Shown here piece by piece: positions 1 through 9,597 of a stretch of DNA of 52,899 nucleotides. The notes beneath the pieces are model-generated. The model made no database searches. It had not been told where the DNA came from and worked only from the letters and a program-made list of their open reading frames with translations. A program made the position numbers and the translations under genes. Origin of the DNA: Thermovirgaceae bacterium (GTDB lineage: Bacteria; Synergistota; Synergistia; Synergistales; Thermovirgaceae); assembly GCA_046542505.1 (NCBI GenBank), contig JBKHBH010000004.1, forward strand, positions 1 through 52,899, given 5' to 3'. Position 1 is the first letter of the stretch, and each line of letters begins with the position of its first letter.

Positions 1-84
1 CAGGTCGCCCCACGGCCTGAAATGGCCTATACTGTCCCCTGTTCCTGCATTGCGAAAGGGGTATTCTTCAACAAGGGGGATTTC

Positions 85-333
85 ATGAGATTCCTGATAA
101 TGACACTGTCTTTCGTCACACTTGTCCTCTACGGTCATGCCATCGCCGGGCTCTGGGGATATTTCATCGGCAAACCGGGGATATCGGCCATTCTCCTGGG
201 TCTGGCGGGAGGAACGGCCTCCGGCGCCGGGGCTGTGATCCTCTGGCACAGGTACATGGTAAAAGGTCTTTTTGGAGGGAAATCTGAAGAGTCAACAGAA
301 GAACCAAAAGACCGGGAATCAGACGGAACCTGA
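85..333 (+). CDS. Small membrane protein, unknown function
   Basis: ATG at 85 after AAGGGGGA RBS; two hydrophobic, Gly-rich segments and an acidic tail. Confidence 0.6.
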   Translation: MRFLIMTLSFVTLVLYGHAIAGLWGYFIGKPGISAILLGLAGGTASGAGAVILWHRYMVKGLFGGKSEESTEEPKDRESDGT

Positions 334-861
334 TCTCCAAAATCGGGAACTGCCCGTTTCTTCAAGTCCCTGAAGGAGAAACCTTTCGCCAGCCTCCCTG
401 AGCTCTTGTATTCCATGGCGCCCCGTTCGCGCACACTCCTTTGCGGGATGACCGCAAAGAAAACACCGCCTCGGCGGGAACCCAAAGGAGGCCCGGGACA
501 GCGCCCCTTCAGGGAGGAGAACGTCAATATCCAAAACAGCGCCCCAGGACGGGGTTTCCTCAAGGACCATCGCCTCTTTTTTGACCTTCTCCGGGACGAC
601 ACCCTGGACCGCGAAAAGCAGCGCGGGCCCTGCACCGTTTTCAAGCATCCACCAAGAGAGTATCTGCCCTGGATTATTACGGATCTTTTCAGACAGGCGA
701 AACCCGACCACATCGACAAGAGTCCGTGATCCTGACAATTCCTTGGGATAGCCGGGAATATTCAGCGAGACCTGCATCACCAGCGCGGCGGAGTTGAAAA
801 TATGTTTCTGGAGCCTGGCTCTTGCCTCGCGCCCCGAAAGGACCCTGTCAAGAGCCTTCAC
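319..861 (-). CDS. citX: Apo-citrate lyase phosphoribosyl-dephospho-CoA transferase (holo-ACP synthase CitX)
   Basis: Motifs L..RE.R...Q, SLNIPG.PK, LDIDV, SR...G.PPRRCFLC...AKECAR...H; GTG start overlaps the upstream stop (GTGA). Confidence 0.85.
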   Translation of the reverse strand: MKALDRVLSGREARARLQKHIFNSAALVMQVSLNIPGYPKELSGSRTLVDVVGFRLSEKIRNNPGQILSWWMLENGAGPALLFAVQGVVPEKVKKEAMVLEETPSWGAVLDIDVLLPEGALSRASFGFPPRRCFLCGHPAKECARTGRHGIQELREAGERFLLQGLEETGSSRFWRSGSV

Positions 862-2216
862 GAAAGGTCTCTCCAGGCGTCGGCGAGTCTGCCCACAGCC
901 TTCGCAATGAGAGGGGAGCCTGTTCGGCTGATGGAGAGCCTGACCGAGCCTGTCTCGCGGCCGGAAAGGGAAAACTCCCTGCCGCAGGCCACCTCGACGC
1001 CGGCCTTCGTGGCCAATTCGGCAAGGGCTTGATCCTGTGCGCCGGGCAGGGTAACCCAAAGGTATATTCCCCCCTGGGGGACGTCGAAAACCGCCTCCGG
1101 GAGGTGTTGACCGAATTTTTGGGCAATCTGCCGCATGCGCACCGACATGGCCGCTCTCGCCGTTTCCAGACAGGGTTCCAGATGGCCTTCCTCAAGAAAG
1201 GCCGCAACAAGGCGCTGGAGGAGAGACGATACGGCTCCCGCAGAACGCGAGAGGGTCTCGCAAAAATCCCACAGGATCTCGTCAGGGACAAGGGCGTACC
1301 CCTGCCTGATGCCGGGAAAAAGCAGCTGGCTGAAGGACCCGAGGTAGATGACCTTTTCGGCCGATTCGAGAGCCCGCAATGCCGGTACGGAATGTTCCCC
1401 GTATCTCAGTTCCCCGTAAGCGTCGTCCTCGATGATCCAGAAGCCTCGCCGGGCCGCAACCTCAAGGATCGCCTTTCGGCCTTCGTGGGAGAGGGTCCGC
1501 CCTGTGGGGTTCTGGAAGCTGGGAACAAGGTACAGAACGTCCGTTTGGCCCATCCGGCGGCATGATTCAAGAATCCCTTCAACATCGAGAGGAACCGAAC
1601 GGAGCGAGAGGCCTGCATTTTCCGACATGGAAAGGGCGTCAGGGTACGTGAGTTCTTCCACCCAGACTCTCTTGACACCGCGCAAGGCAAGGGTCTGGAA
1701 GGAGAGAAACAACCCCTGCTGAACGCCGCTGGTCACAAGGACATTCTCCCACCTGGCGGGGATGCCGCGGGTTGCGGCATGCCTTACCAGAGCCTGGCGC
1801 AGTGCCTGAAGCCCCGGCAAGGGCGCACCCTCAAGGACAGCATGGCCGTACCGGCTGAACACCAGCCTGCTGAGGGTGGAAAGTTTCTCCCATGGCATGA
1901 GATCAGCGGAAGGGAGCCCGGAGGCCATGTCGATAAGCGGAGGCGCCTCTTTCCGGGAAACGGGATGGAGGCGAAATCTCGAAGTCACGAAGGTTCCACG
2001 CCTTCCGCTTCTGCGGAGATATCCTTCATCTTCGAGCAGGTCATAAGCCAAAGTGGCCGTCGTTCGGCTGATCCCGAGCTCCGACGCCAGTTCCCTCGTA
2101 CCCGGAAGCCTGGTGCCATCAGCAAGGGTCCCGCTTTCGATCATTCGCATGAGATGTGCCGTGATCTGGCGGTAGAGCGGTATCTCGGAACGGCGTTCCA
2201 GGGGAATTTCAAGCAC
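858..2216 (-). CDS. MocR/GabR-family regulator (GntR wHTH + PLP aminotransferase-like domain)
   Basis: PLYRQI...RLPGTRELASELGISRTT..AY..L..EGY HTH; PSFQNPTG, IIEDDAYGEL, YLGSFS; start approximate. Confidence 0.9.
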   Translation of the reverse strand: MLEIPLERRSEIPLYRQITAHLMRMIESGTLADGTRLPGTRELASELGISRTTATLAYDLLEDEGYLRRSGRRGTFVTSRFRLHPVSRKEAPPLIDMASGLPSADLMPWEKLSTLSRLVFSRYGHAVLEGAPLPGLQALRQALVRHAATRGIPARWENVLVTSGVQQGLFLSFQTLALRGVKRVWVEELTYPDALSMSENAGLSLRSVPLDVEGILESCRRMGQTDVLYLVPSFQNPTGRTLSHEGRKAILEVAARRGFWIIEDDAYGELRYGEHSVPALRALESAEKVIYLGSFSQLLFPGIRQGYALVPDEILWDFCETLSRSAGAVSSLLQRLVAAFLEEGHLEPCLETARAAMSVRMRQIAQKFGQHLPEAVFDVPQGGIYLWVTLPGAQDQALAELATKAGVEVACGREFSLSGRETGSVRLSISRTGSPLIAKAVGRLADAWRDLS

Positions 2217-2283
2217 CGGGCGCACCACGCTTTCGTCGGTAGTGCCAATATCATACCTGTTCCGGATGCCCTGGGCGATGTTT

Positions 2284-3354
2284 TCAGGAAAAGTTTCGCA
2301 AAAAGGACAAGAGCCTCTCCATTTCGTCCTCCCGCCCCACACTCGCACGGATCCACCCTCCCGACTCTACTGAATCGGAGAAAACGGGTTCCGGATCCTT
2401 GAGATTCAGCCCATGCAGCTCTGCCGTTTCAAGCACCGATTGCGTTTTCTGGTTTCCCCTGAGCAGGACGAAATTGCCTCCGCTGGGATAGGCCTTCCAC
2501 CCGGGAAGCCTGTTGACATCTTCCAGAAAACGGTCCCTCGTGTAGGAAATGGACGCGACGCGGCGTTCCATCCATTTTCTGTATTTGAGGGCGAGAAGGG
2601 CTGCTTCCTGGGAAAAGATGTTGATGTTAAAAGGCGGTTTAACACTATCCAGCCGTTCCCGTGTCGTCCGCGCACAGACGGCGTACCCCACCCGGAGGCC
2701 CGCCAGCCCCCAGGCCTTCGAAAAGGTCCTCAAAACGACCAGGTTCTCCGGCAACGGCCTGCCGGTAAAATGATCCAGTATCGACTTTCCGGAAAACTCC
2801 GCATATGCCTCGTCAACGACGACGATTCCACCTGACAGCTGGATGACCTTTCTCACCAGATCCTCGGGAAGGACTTTCCCCGTGGGATTGTTCGGGCTGT
2901 CCAGCAAAACAAGCGCAGGAGGATTGGCCGAAAGGGCATCCAAAAGTTTCTCCCCTGGCACATGAATTTCTTTCTCACCTGGCTCTAGGGACACGCATTT
3001 ACGCCTGGCACCGTAGATTCGACAAAGCGCCTCATATTGCGAAAAGCACGGTTTCAGTGTGAGGACCACTGATCCGGGCCCGGAAAACGCCGAAAAAAGC
3101 ATTTGCAGGATTTCATCGCCACCGTTTCCCACGGTGATGTTTTCCTCGGAGAAGTCCAGTTCGTCTGCGAGAGCGACACGCAGCCGCCTGTTTTCGGGAT
3201 CCGGATAGCGGTTGAAAACCAGTTCGGGAAGGAGCTGTCTCAGCTCTTCCTTGAAGGCCGGAGCCATATCGTAGGGACTCTCGTTCTTGTCGAGCCGGGC
3301 CGGCCCGGAAGCGGCGGAAGTCCCTTCGAAAACAAAAGCACGGTTCAAGGGCAT
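2284..3354 (-). CDS. hisC: Histidinol-phosphate aminotransferase
   Basis: LDKNESP, NRYPD, GNGGDE, SPNNPTG, VDEAY.EF, RTFSKAWGLAGLRVGY; divergent from the his operon. Confidence 0.93.
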   Translation of the reverse strand: MPLNRAFVFEGTSAASGPARLDKNESPYDMAPAFKEELRQLLPELVFNRYPDPENRRLRVALADELDFSEENITVGNGGDEILQMLFSAFSGPGSVVLTLKPCFSQYEALCRIYGARRKCVSLEPGEKEIHVPGEKLLDALSANPPALVLLDSPNNPTGKVLPEDLVRKVIQLSGGIVVVDEAYAEFSGKSILDHFTGRPLPENLVVLRTFSKAWGLAGLRVGYAVCARTTRERLDSVKPPFNINIFSQEAALLALKYRKWMERRVASISYTRDRFLEDVNRLPGWKAYPSGGNFVLLRGNQKTQSVLETAELHGLNLKDPEPVFSDSVESGGWIRASVGREDEMERLLSFLRNFS

Positions 3355-3413
3355 GTCTTTTATCCTCCTGCCAGTTTATTATGGTAATGTGTTTTTTTGA
3401 ACACACGAACCGG

Positions 3414-3443
3414 AGTTTATCACTCTCGACGATATCCTGTCAA
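3414..3443 (-). promoter_or_regulatory. Putative sigma70 promoter of hisC
   Basis: TTGACA-N18-TAAACT with TG extended -10. Confidence 0.5.
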
Positions 3444-3469
3444 CGACTTTTTTCTTTCGTGTCGGGCCC

Positions 3470-3499
3470 TTTACAAGCCAGTCGGGTGTGTGCTATTAT
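3470..3499 (+). promoter_or_regulatory. Putative sigma70 promoter of the hisZ operon
   Basis: TTTACA-N18-TATTAT with TG extended -10. Confidence 0.45.
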
Positions 3500-3632
3500 C
3501 CCGGCCATGTGACTGCCATGCTACTTCTTTAGCTTGACGCATTTCCTCGGAGGTCCCTATGACGCGCTTTATCGAAAAAACCTCAAGACAAAATATTTCC
3601 TCCTGCAAAAACCCGACCGGGAGACGTCCCTC

Positions 3633-4844
3633 ATGACCAGGATTCCGAAAGGTTTCAGGAACTACGCCGATCCGCTTGCCACAGCCATGGAGCATTCGAG
3701 GGGAGTCTTTTTCGATTCTTTTGCATCCTGGGGGTACCGTGTTTTTTCCCCGTCCAGGGTGCAGCTTCTCTCGATATACTGGGACCGTCTCCCTGCCGGA
3801 GTCAGAGACCGGATCATAACGCTGACAACCCCTTTCGGTGAACAGGGCTGTCTTTGCCCCGATCTTACCCTGTCGGCCGTCTCGCACCTTTTTGCCCATC
3901 ATGCTCCCGAGGAAAGGCCTCTCAGGATCTGCTACGCAGGGCAGATTTTTCGTGTTCCGAATCCGCCCGAAACACACATAGAGCGCTACCAGGCCGGCGC
4001 CGAACTTCTGGGCTGGGAGGGCCATGGTGCGGATGTGGAAATCCTCTCCCTGATGATGAACACCCTTGACCGTTTGTATCACGAGGACGCCATCGTCGTT
4101 TTGGGGGACGTGAATATCATGGAGCACCTGCTTCGGACGGTGGAGCCTTCAATTGCAGGAGCGTTGCGTGACGCCCTTTTGAAGGGCTCTCTTTCAGACT
4201 ATTTTTCTATCCTGGAAAGCCGGAGGGTCCCGGAACCGTCCCTTTCACACCTCTCGAGTCTTCCGACTCTCAAGGGAGGCACCCGCGTTCTGGAAGAGGC
4301 AACCCGGAAACTGCCCGGTGATTCCCCCCTTTCCGAGCTCAGGCAGATTTCGCGGGAACTGTGCCTTCTCGGATTCGAAGACAGGATCCGTTTCGATCTG
4401 TCCCTCCTCAGGAGACTCGGCTACTACAGCGGACCGGTTTTTGAAATCTACAGCCCCCGTACAGGCAAGGCCCTCGGAGGCGGAGGCCGTTATGACAGGC
4501 TCCTGAACCTCTACGGCATTGTCGGCCAGGCGGTGGGATTCGGACTGGATCTTGAACTGGTGGCCTCCTCTGCTTCCCGGGGCGAAACATCACATTCGGA
4601 AACCATCATGGCATGGACGGGAGAACTGGACCCGGCGGAAGCCTTGTCTGCCGCCGAGTCCATAAAACGCGGGGGGCTTCCTGTCGAACTCAGCTGGACA
4701 CCAGACCGGAAGGCATCAATCGCACTGGCTCGACGACGCAGGTACCGATGGTGGACAGACCTCTCCGGTGAAACCGTTTTCGATCTGGCAAAGAACACGC
4801 ATACAAAAAATCTCTCGTGGCTGGAGACACAGAAAAGATGCTGA
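3633..4844 (+). CDS. hisZ: ATP phosphoribosyltransferase regulatory subunit
   Basis: HisRS-like fold motifs (PDLT, R.CYAG.IFR, QAGAEL.G, LGYYSG.VF, GGGRYD.L); directly upstream of a short-form hisG. Confidence 0.92.
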   Translation: MTRIPKGFRNYADPLATAMEHSRGVFFDSFASWGYRVFSPSRVQLLSIYWDRLPAGVRDRIITLTTPFGEQGCLCPDLTLSAVSHLFAHHAPEERPLRICYAGQIFRVPNPPETHIERYQAGAELLGWEGHGADVEILSLMMNTLDRLYHEDAIVVLGDVNIMEHLLRTVEPSIAGALRDALLKGSLSDYFSILESRRVPEPSLSHLSSLPTLKGGTRVLEEATRKLPGDSPLSELRQISRELCLLGFEDRIRFDLSLLRRLGYYSGPVFEIYSPRTGKALGGGGRYDRLLNLYGIVGQAVGFGLDLELVASSASRGETSHSETIMAWTGELDPAEALSAAESIKRGGLPVELSWTPDRKASIALARRRRYRWWTDLSGETVFDLAKNTHTKNLSWLETQKRC

Positions 4845-5509
4845 CCATCGCCCTCCCGACGGGAAGAATGCTTGAGATCTGCCGCAAAATCCTGAAAGGG
4901 TTCGGCCTCCCTTGCGATGGCCTCGAACACAGAGGTCGATCCCTCGTCGTCGAGGAAAAGGAAACCCGTTACCTCCTCGCCAAACCTATGGACCTTCCCG
5001 CCTATGTCCATTACGGCACCGCCGACATCGCTTTCGCCGGAAGTGACGTCATTCGGGAAAGAGGTGGTTCGCTTGTGGAGATAGCCGACACCGGAGAAGG
5101 GCGCTGCCGCCTCGCAGTAGCCGGGCCCGCGGGGCTGGCCGAACGCTTCATGGGCCATGAGAGTGGTCTCATGGGGCTTCGCATCGCAACGAAGTACCCG
5201 GTCATCACCAATGATTATTTCGCGTCCCGCGGCGTCCAGCCAGAGATCATCACCCTTCACGGCTCCATCGAGCTCGCGCCGCTTCTGGGGTTGAGTGACT
5301 GCATCCTTGACATCGTCCAGACGGGGAACACCCTGAAAGCGAACCGGCTCCGAGTACTGGAAGACGTGGCACCCGTTTCGCTCCGGATCGTCGCGAGCCG
5401 GAAAAGCACGCAGACGAAATGGGAACATTTCGACAGGATTCTTTCCAGAATAAGACAAATGAAAGGTGGCCGTTTTGATGAACACGCCCTTCCGGCGAAA
5501 AACAACTGA
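4838..5509 (+). CDS. hisG: ATP phosphoribosyltransferase, short form
   Basis: LTIALPTGR, RIATKYP, GSIELAP..GL.D.I.DIVQTG.TLKAN.L. Confidence 0.95.
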   Translation: MLTIALPTGRMLEICRKILKGFGLPCDGLEHRGRSLVVEEKETRYLLAKPMDLPAYVHYGTADIAFAGSDVIRERGGSLVEIADTGEGRCRLAVAGPAGLAERFMGHESGLMGLRIATKYPVITNDYFASRGVQPEIITLHGSIELAPLLGLSDCILDIVQTGNTLKANRLRVLEDVAPVSLRIVASRKSTQTKWEHFDRILSRIRQMKGGRFDEHALPAKNN

Positions 5510-6044
5510 AACCGACGTATCACTGACGCTTTCCGCCCGCGGACAAATCCGCATCGAAACACCTTCACCGTTTCTTTCACACATGCTGGAGCAGTTGATC
5601 CATCATGCAGGGTGGGGCATCGATCTTTCTGCCGAAGGCGACACGTCCATCGACTTCCATCACCTGACGGAAGACACGGGCATCGTCCTCGGACAGGCGC
5701 TGTTGTCTCTGCGCGAGGCAAAGCCGATAAAACGATACGGATGGGCCGTCATTCCCATGGACGGATCCTGTGTCCTTTTTTCTGTCGATGCCGGCGGCAG
5801 GGGCGGCTGTTTCTTCGAAGGCGGCTTCCCCTCGCCGCGATGCGGCGATTTCGACATGGAACTCGTTCCCGAGTTTTTTCGCGCCCTTGCCAGGGAAGCC
5901 AAAATGACACTGCACATCCGCATCATTGCGGCCGACAATTCTCACCATGCAGCAGAAGCGATCTTCAAGGCCGCCGGCGTCTCCCTCTCCCGGGCCTTTG
6001 AAAAAATCGGGCGTGATTCAAGCACCAAGGGAACCTGGACATGA
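5478..6044 (+). CDS. hisB: Imidazoleglycerol-phosphate dehydratase (monofunctional)
   Basis: RKTTETD, FLSHML, D.HH..ED.GI.LG, N.HH..EA.FKA, STKG; no phosphatase domain. Confidence 0.95.
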   Translation: MNTPFRRKTTETDVSLTLSARGQIRIETPSPFLSHMLEQLIHHAGWGIDLSAEGDTSIDFHHLTEDTGIVLGQALLSLREAKPIKRYGWAVIPMDGSCVLFSVDAGGRGGCFFEGGFPSPRCGDFDMELVPEFFRALAREAKMTLHIRIIAADNSHHAAEAIFKAAGVSLSRAFEKIGRDSSTKGTWT

Positions 6045-6655
6045 TCGGCGTAGTTTCCTATGGGGCGGGCAATATCGGGAACATTCTCCGCGCACTGGCT
6101 TTTCTCGGACATGAAGCATCCCTTTTGCGGACCCCCGATGATCTTTCAGAAGCATGCAGCCTGCTGGTCCTGCCCGGCGTCGGAGCCTTCCCCCCGGCTA
6201 TGGCCGCATTGAAACGGACAGGATGGGACCTTACGCTGCGTCACTGGGCGCAATGGGGGAAGCCGCTTCTGGGCATCTGTCTGGGCATGCAGCTTTTGTG
6301 CGAAGCGAGCCTGGAAGACGGCCTGCACGAAGGTCTGGGCCTGGTCGAAGGGACCGTCGCCGGACTCGAAGGTGCATCCCGGCTTCCTCATATCGGTTGG
6401 AACACCATATCATGGATAAATCTTCCCGAGCGCTTCAAAAGAATCCCGCGCTGCCGGTTCTGTTATTTCGTACATAGCTACGCCCTGCCTCCCGGACCCG
6501 ACACGATCGGAGTGTCCAAAACAGGTTCCGCCGTTTTCTCCGCGGCTGTCGCGAGGGGTTCCATCACGGGATTCCAGTTCCATCCCGAAAGAAGCGGACG
6601 TGAAGGGCTCTTTCTGCTGGCTCATGTAATCGGTACACTGGAGGCGACACCATGA
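6041..6655 (+). CDS. hisH: Imidazole glycerol phosphate synthase, glutaminase subunit
   Basis: YGAGN, LPGVGAF, GICLGMQ, PHIGWN, YFVHSY, QFHPE. Confidence 0.96.
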   Translation: MIGVVSYGAGNIGNILRALAFLGHEASLLRTPDDLSEACSLLVLPGVGAFPPAMAALKRTGWDLTLRHWAQWGKPLLGICLGMQLLCEASLEDGLHEGLGLVEGTVAGLEGASRLPHIGWNTISWINLPERFKRIPRCRFCYFVHSYALPPGPDTIGVSKTGSAVFSAAVARGSITGFQFHPERSGREGLFLLAHVIGTLEATP

Positions 6656-7371
6656 ATATTTATCCGGCCATAGACCTGTATGGCCAAAAGGTGGTCAGAC
6701 TCTCCAAAGGAGACTACAACAGGATGACCGAATACGGCAGCGACCCTCTTGAATGGGGTCGGCTCTTTCGGGACAGCGGGGCGGGCTGGCTTCACATCAT
6801 CGATCTCGAGGGGGCAAAAGCAGGAAAACCCGTCCACATGGAGGTCCTGCGGAAACTCGTCGGACTTGGCCTTCAGGTTCAGTACGGAGGCGGAATCAGG
6901 GACGTAGAAAGCGTCAGACAAGTCCTCGAGTCGGGCGCATCAAGAGTGCTTCTCGGAAGCCTTCTCCTGGAAACGGAACAGTCGCCTGCAGAGCTTTTTA
7001 CCCGCTTCGGCCCGGCCGTTACTCCGGCTGTGGACATCCGGCACGGCCGGGTCGCCTCGGCGGGGTGGACCCGGCTGAGCAGTACCAGTGGGAAGGAATT
7101 TACCAAAATGCTTGTCGCGGAAGGATTCACCACTTTCCTTTTCACATCCATCGAAAGGGACGGCACCCTTGAGGGACCGGACCTTTCCTTGTACGCCGCG
7201 TTGAAAGAAGACTTTCCCCGTATCCGGATCATGGCCGCCGGAGGCATTTCCTCCCTCAAGGACCTGCTTTCTCTGGAACAGGCGGGAGTAGACGGCGCCG
7301 TACTCGGAAAATCGCTCTACGAAGGGCGGATCAACCTGAAGGAAGCGCTGGAGGTCCTTGCAGGATGCTGA
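6652..7371 (+). CDS. hisA: ProFAR isomerase
   Basis: IYPAIDL...VVRL..G, LHIIDL.GA, QYGGGIR, RDGTL.GPD. Confidence 0.95.
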   Translation: MNIYPAIDLYGQKVVRLSKGDYNRMTEYGSDPLEWGRLFRDSGAGWLHIIDLEGAKAGKPVHMEVLRKLVGLGLQVQYGGGIRDVESVRQVLESGASRVLLGSLLLETEQSPAELFTRFGPAVTPAVDIRHGRVASAGWTRLSSTSGKEFTKMLVAEGFTTFLFTSIERDGTLEGPDLSLYAALKEDFPRIRIMAAGGISSLKDLLSLEQAGVDGAVLGKSLYEGRINLKEALEVLAGC

Positions 7372-8132
7372 CGAAGCGGGTCATTCCCTGCCTGGATGTC
7401 AAAAACGGACGCGTCGTCAAGGGAATCCGGTTCAAAAACCTCACCGACGCGGGAGACCCTGCCGAGCTGGCGTCGGCCTATATGGACGAGGGGGCCGACG
7501 AGGTGGTCTTTCTGGACATCTCCGCTTCATCAGAGCGCCGAATGACCATCCGAGAATGGGTCAGGCGCACGGCGGAAAGGCTTTTCATTCCCTTCACGGT
7601 CGGGGGAGGCATCTCTTCAGTAAAGGAAGCCAGAAAAATCGTGGAACTGGGCGCCGACAAGATATCCCTCAACACGGCGGCTGTAAGCGATCCCCGCCTT
7701 ATCTTTGAATGCGCCCGCCTTCTCGGGCGCCAGGCCGTCGTGGTTGCCGTCGACGCGGCTAAAAGGGGCCCCGCAGACTGGGAGGTTTTCATCCAGGGAG
7801 GGAACACCGCCACGGGACTGGATGCCGTACAGTGGGCAATGGAAGCCGAGGCGAAAGGCTGCGGCGAGATCCTCCTGACGTCTATCGACCGCGACGGGAC
7901 AAGGGACGGATATGACCTTGATCTCATCGAGGCGGTCGCCTCCAGCGTCAAGGTCCCCGTCATCGCCTCCGGCGGAGCAGGCGAAGCGCCTCATCTCGCC
8001 GAAGCTTTCCGTCGCGGCGCCGAAGCAGTCCTTGCCGCTTCGATTTTCCATTACGGCCAACTGCGCATCGGCACCCTGAAAGACTACCTGGAATCCGCCG
8101 GATTTCCCGTACGAAAGGATGAATATTCATGA
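7365..8132 (+). CDS. hisF: Imidazole glycerol phosphate synthase, cyclase subunit
   Basis: [54 protein letters not shown]. Confidence 0.97.
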   Translation: MLTKRVIPCLDVKNGRVVKGIRFKNLTDAGDPAELASAYMDEGADEVVFLDISASSERRMTIREWVRRTAERLFIPFTVGGGISSVKEARKIVELGADKISLNTAAVSDPRLIFECARLLGRQAVVVAVDAAKRGPADWEVFIQGGNTATGLDAVQWAMEAEAKGCGEILLTSIDRDGTRDGYDLDLIEAVASSVKVPVIASGGAGEAPHLAEAFRRGAEAVLAASIFHYGQLRIGTLKDYLESAGFPVRKDEYS

Positions 8133-8755
8133 CAACACAACTTGACGATATCGTCTTCGACGAAGCGGGACTGGTCCCGGTGATCGTCCAGAACGCCTCG
8201 ACGGGGATGGTTCTCATGATGGCCTGGGCAAACCGAAAGGCCCTGGAACTCACCCTCAAAAGGGGAATCATGGTTTTCTGGAGCCGATCGCGCAAACAAA
8301 TCTGGGAGAAGGGCGAGACCAGCGGCAACACTTTGTATTTGCGCGAGCTCCGTCTCGATTGCGACGGCGACGCCCTTCTCGCTTTGGTCGATCAGACAGG
8401 ACCGGCATGTCACACGGGAAACCGGTCTTGTTTTTCCCGCACCGTCACGACCTTCAGGGCGGGCAGCATCGCCTTTTTCGACAAACTTGTCTTTACGATT
8501 TCATCAAGGGCCGGGGCCTTTTCACAAAACAGTTATACCGCCCGCCTCCTCGCGGCAGGGAATGAGCGGATCGGCCAGAAAATCGGCGAGGAAGGCGTAG
8601 AAACGGCCATCGCAACGGCCCTGGGCAAAGGTGAAAAAATCCTCTACGAGATGTCTGACCTTCTCTACCACTGCCTCGTCGCCTTGCAGGCCTTCGACTT
8701 GTCCCCAGCGGACTTATGGGAGGAACTCGAAAGCCGTCACGGAGGGGACCAATGA
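8129..8755 (+). CDS. hisIE: Bifunctional PR-AMP cyclohydrolase / PR-ATP pyrophosphatase
   Basis: WSRSR..W.KGETSGN, DCDGD, ACHTG..SCF; SYTA.L, KIGEE..E, DLLYH. Confidence 0.95.
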   Translation: MTTQLDDIVFDEAGLVPVIVQNASTGMVLMMAWANRKALELTLKRGIMVFWSRSRKQIWEKGETSGNTLYLRELRLDCDGDALLALVDQTGPACHTGNRSCFSRTVTTFRAGSIAFFDKLVFTISSRAGAFSQNSYTARLLAAGNERIGQKIGEEGVETAIATALGKGEKILYEMSDLLYHCLVALQAFDLSPADLWEELESRHGGDQ

Positions 8756-9582
8756 CGCGCCGGGCCCTGATCTTCGACGTGGACGGCGTGCTGGTGGACA
8801 CGGACCGGTCTTTCCCCAACGTGGTGATAACCGCCATCCAGTGGTGGAGCCGGTTCAGGCTCGGCGTAAGAACCGATGCACAGCCTTTCACCAGGGAACA
8901 TTACGACATCACGAAAAACCACGGCTCCTTCAACGATGATTACACCATCGCCTGGACATTCCTCTCCCGTGTCGCCGCATTGGGCAAAAGGCGCCTTTCG
9001 GAATGCCGCCTCACGCCGGGACGCTGGAAACAGATCATAAGTTCCTGCAGATCCGCCGACCCTGTCCCCTGGGTCCTTGAAACCTTCGGGAAAGAAATTC
9101 CCCTGCAGGGATTCCGCGACCTTTGCGATGAAATCTATTTCGGCACCGGAACTCTTGAAAGCGCCCGGGGAAGGAAGCCTGCTTTCATCACAATGCGCGG
9201 ACTCTGGAACCTTGAACGGTCCATGCTGAGGGTGCCCTGGACATGTTTCGGCGATCCTGTCGGCATTTACACGGGGCGGACCCGTGCCGAACTCTCCCTC
9301 GCTCTGTCGCTGTTGGGTTGGACGGACTTCCCTTGCGAAGCCTGCGTCACCCTTGATGACGGGATAGCGAAGCCTTCCCCTGAAGGTTTCAGGAAGCTCG
9401 AGAAAACCCTTGGCTGCGATGAAGTTCTCTATTTTGGCGACACCGAAAGCGACAGACTGGCGTTTGAGGGCTACGGCAAGGGGCGCTTCATTCCCGTCGG
9501 CCCGCTTTTTGGAAAGGGCGCCGCGGAAAACCTGCCCGCGGCTCTGGCGAGAGAATTTCCCGGGCTCGGCCACATCCTCTGA
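8752..9582 (+). CDS. HAD-superfamily hydrolase; candidate histidinol-phosphate phosphatase
   Basis: FDVDGVLVD motif I, TGR motif II, KP.P motif III, GD...D motif IV; ATGA overlap with the hisIE stop. Confidence 0.8.
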   Translation: MTRRALIFDVDGVLVDTDRSFPNVVITAIQWWSRFRLGVRTDAQPFTREHYDITKNHGSFNDDYTIAWTFLSRVAALGKRRLSECRLTPGRWKQIISSCRSADPVPWVLETFGKEIPLQGFRDLCDEIYFGTGTLESARGRKPAFITMRGLWNLERSMLRVPWTCFGDPVGIYTGRTRAELSLALSLLGWTDFPCEACVTLDDGIAKPSPEGFRKLEKTLGCDEVLYFGDTESDRLAFEGYGKGRFIPVGPLFGKGAAENLPAALAREFPGLGHIL

Positions 9583-9597
9583 AAGAGGGACAGGTTC

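Noticed and set aside
2217..2348. Apparent overlap of the MocR ORF with hisC, and similar long N-terminal extensions of citX, apgM, the deaminase and the HD protein
   Set aside because: Artefacts of longest-ORF calling; downstream starts with RBS or stop-start coupling fit the family N-termini.
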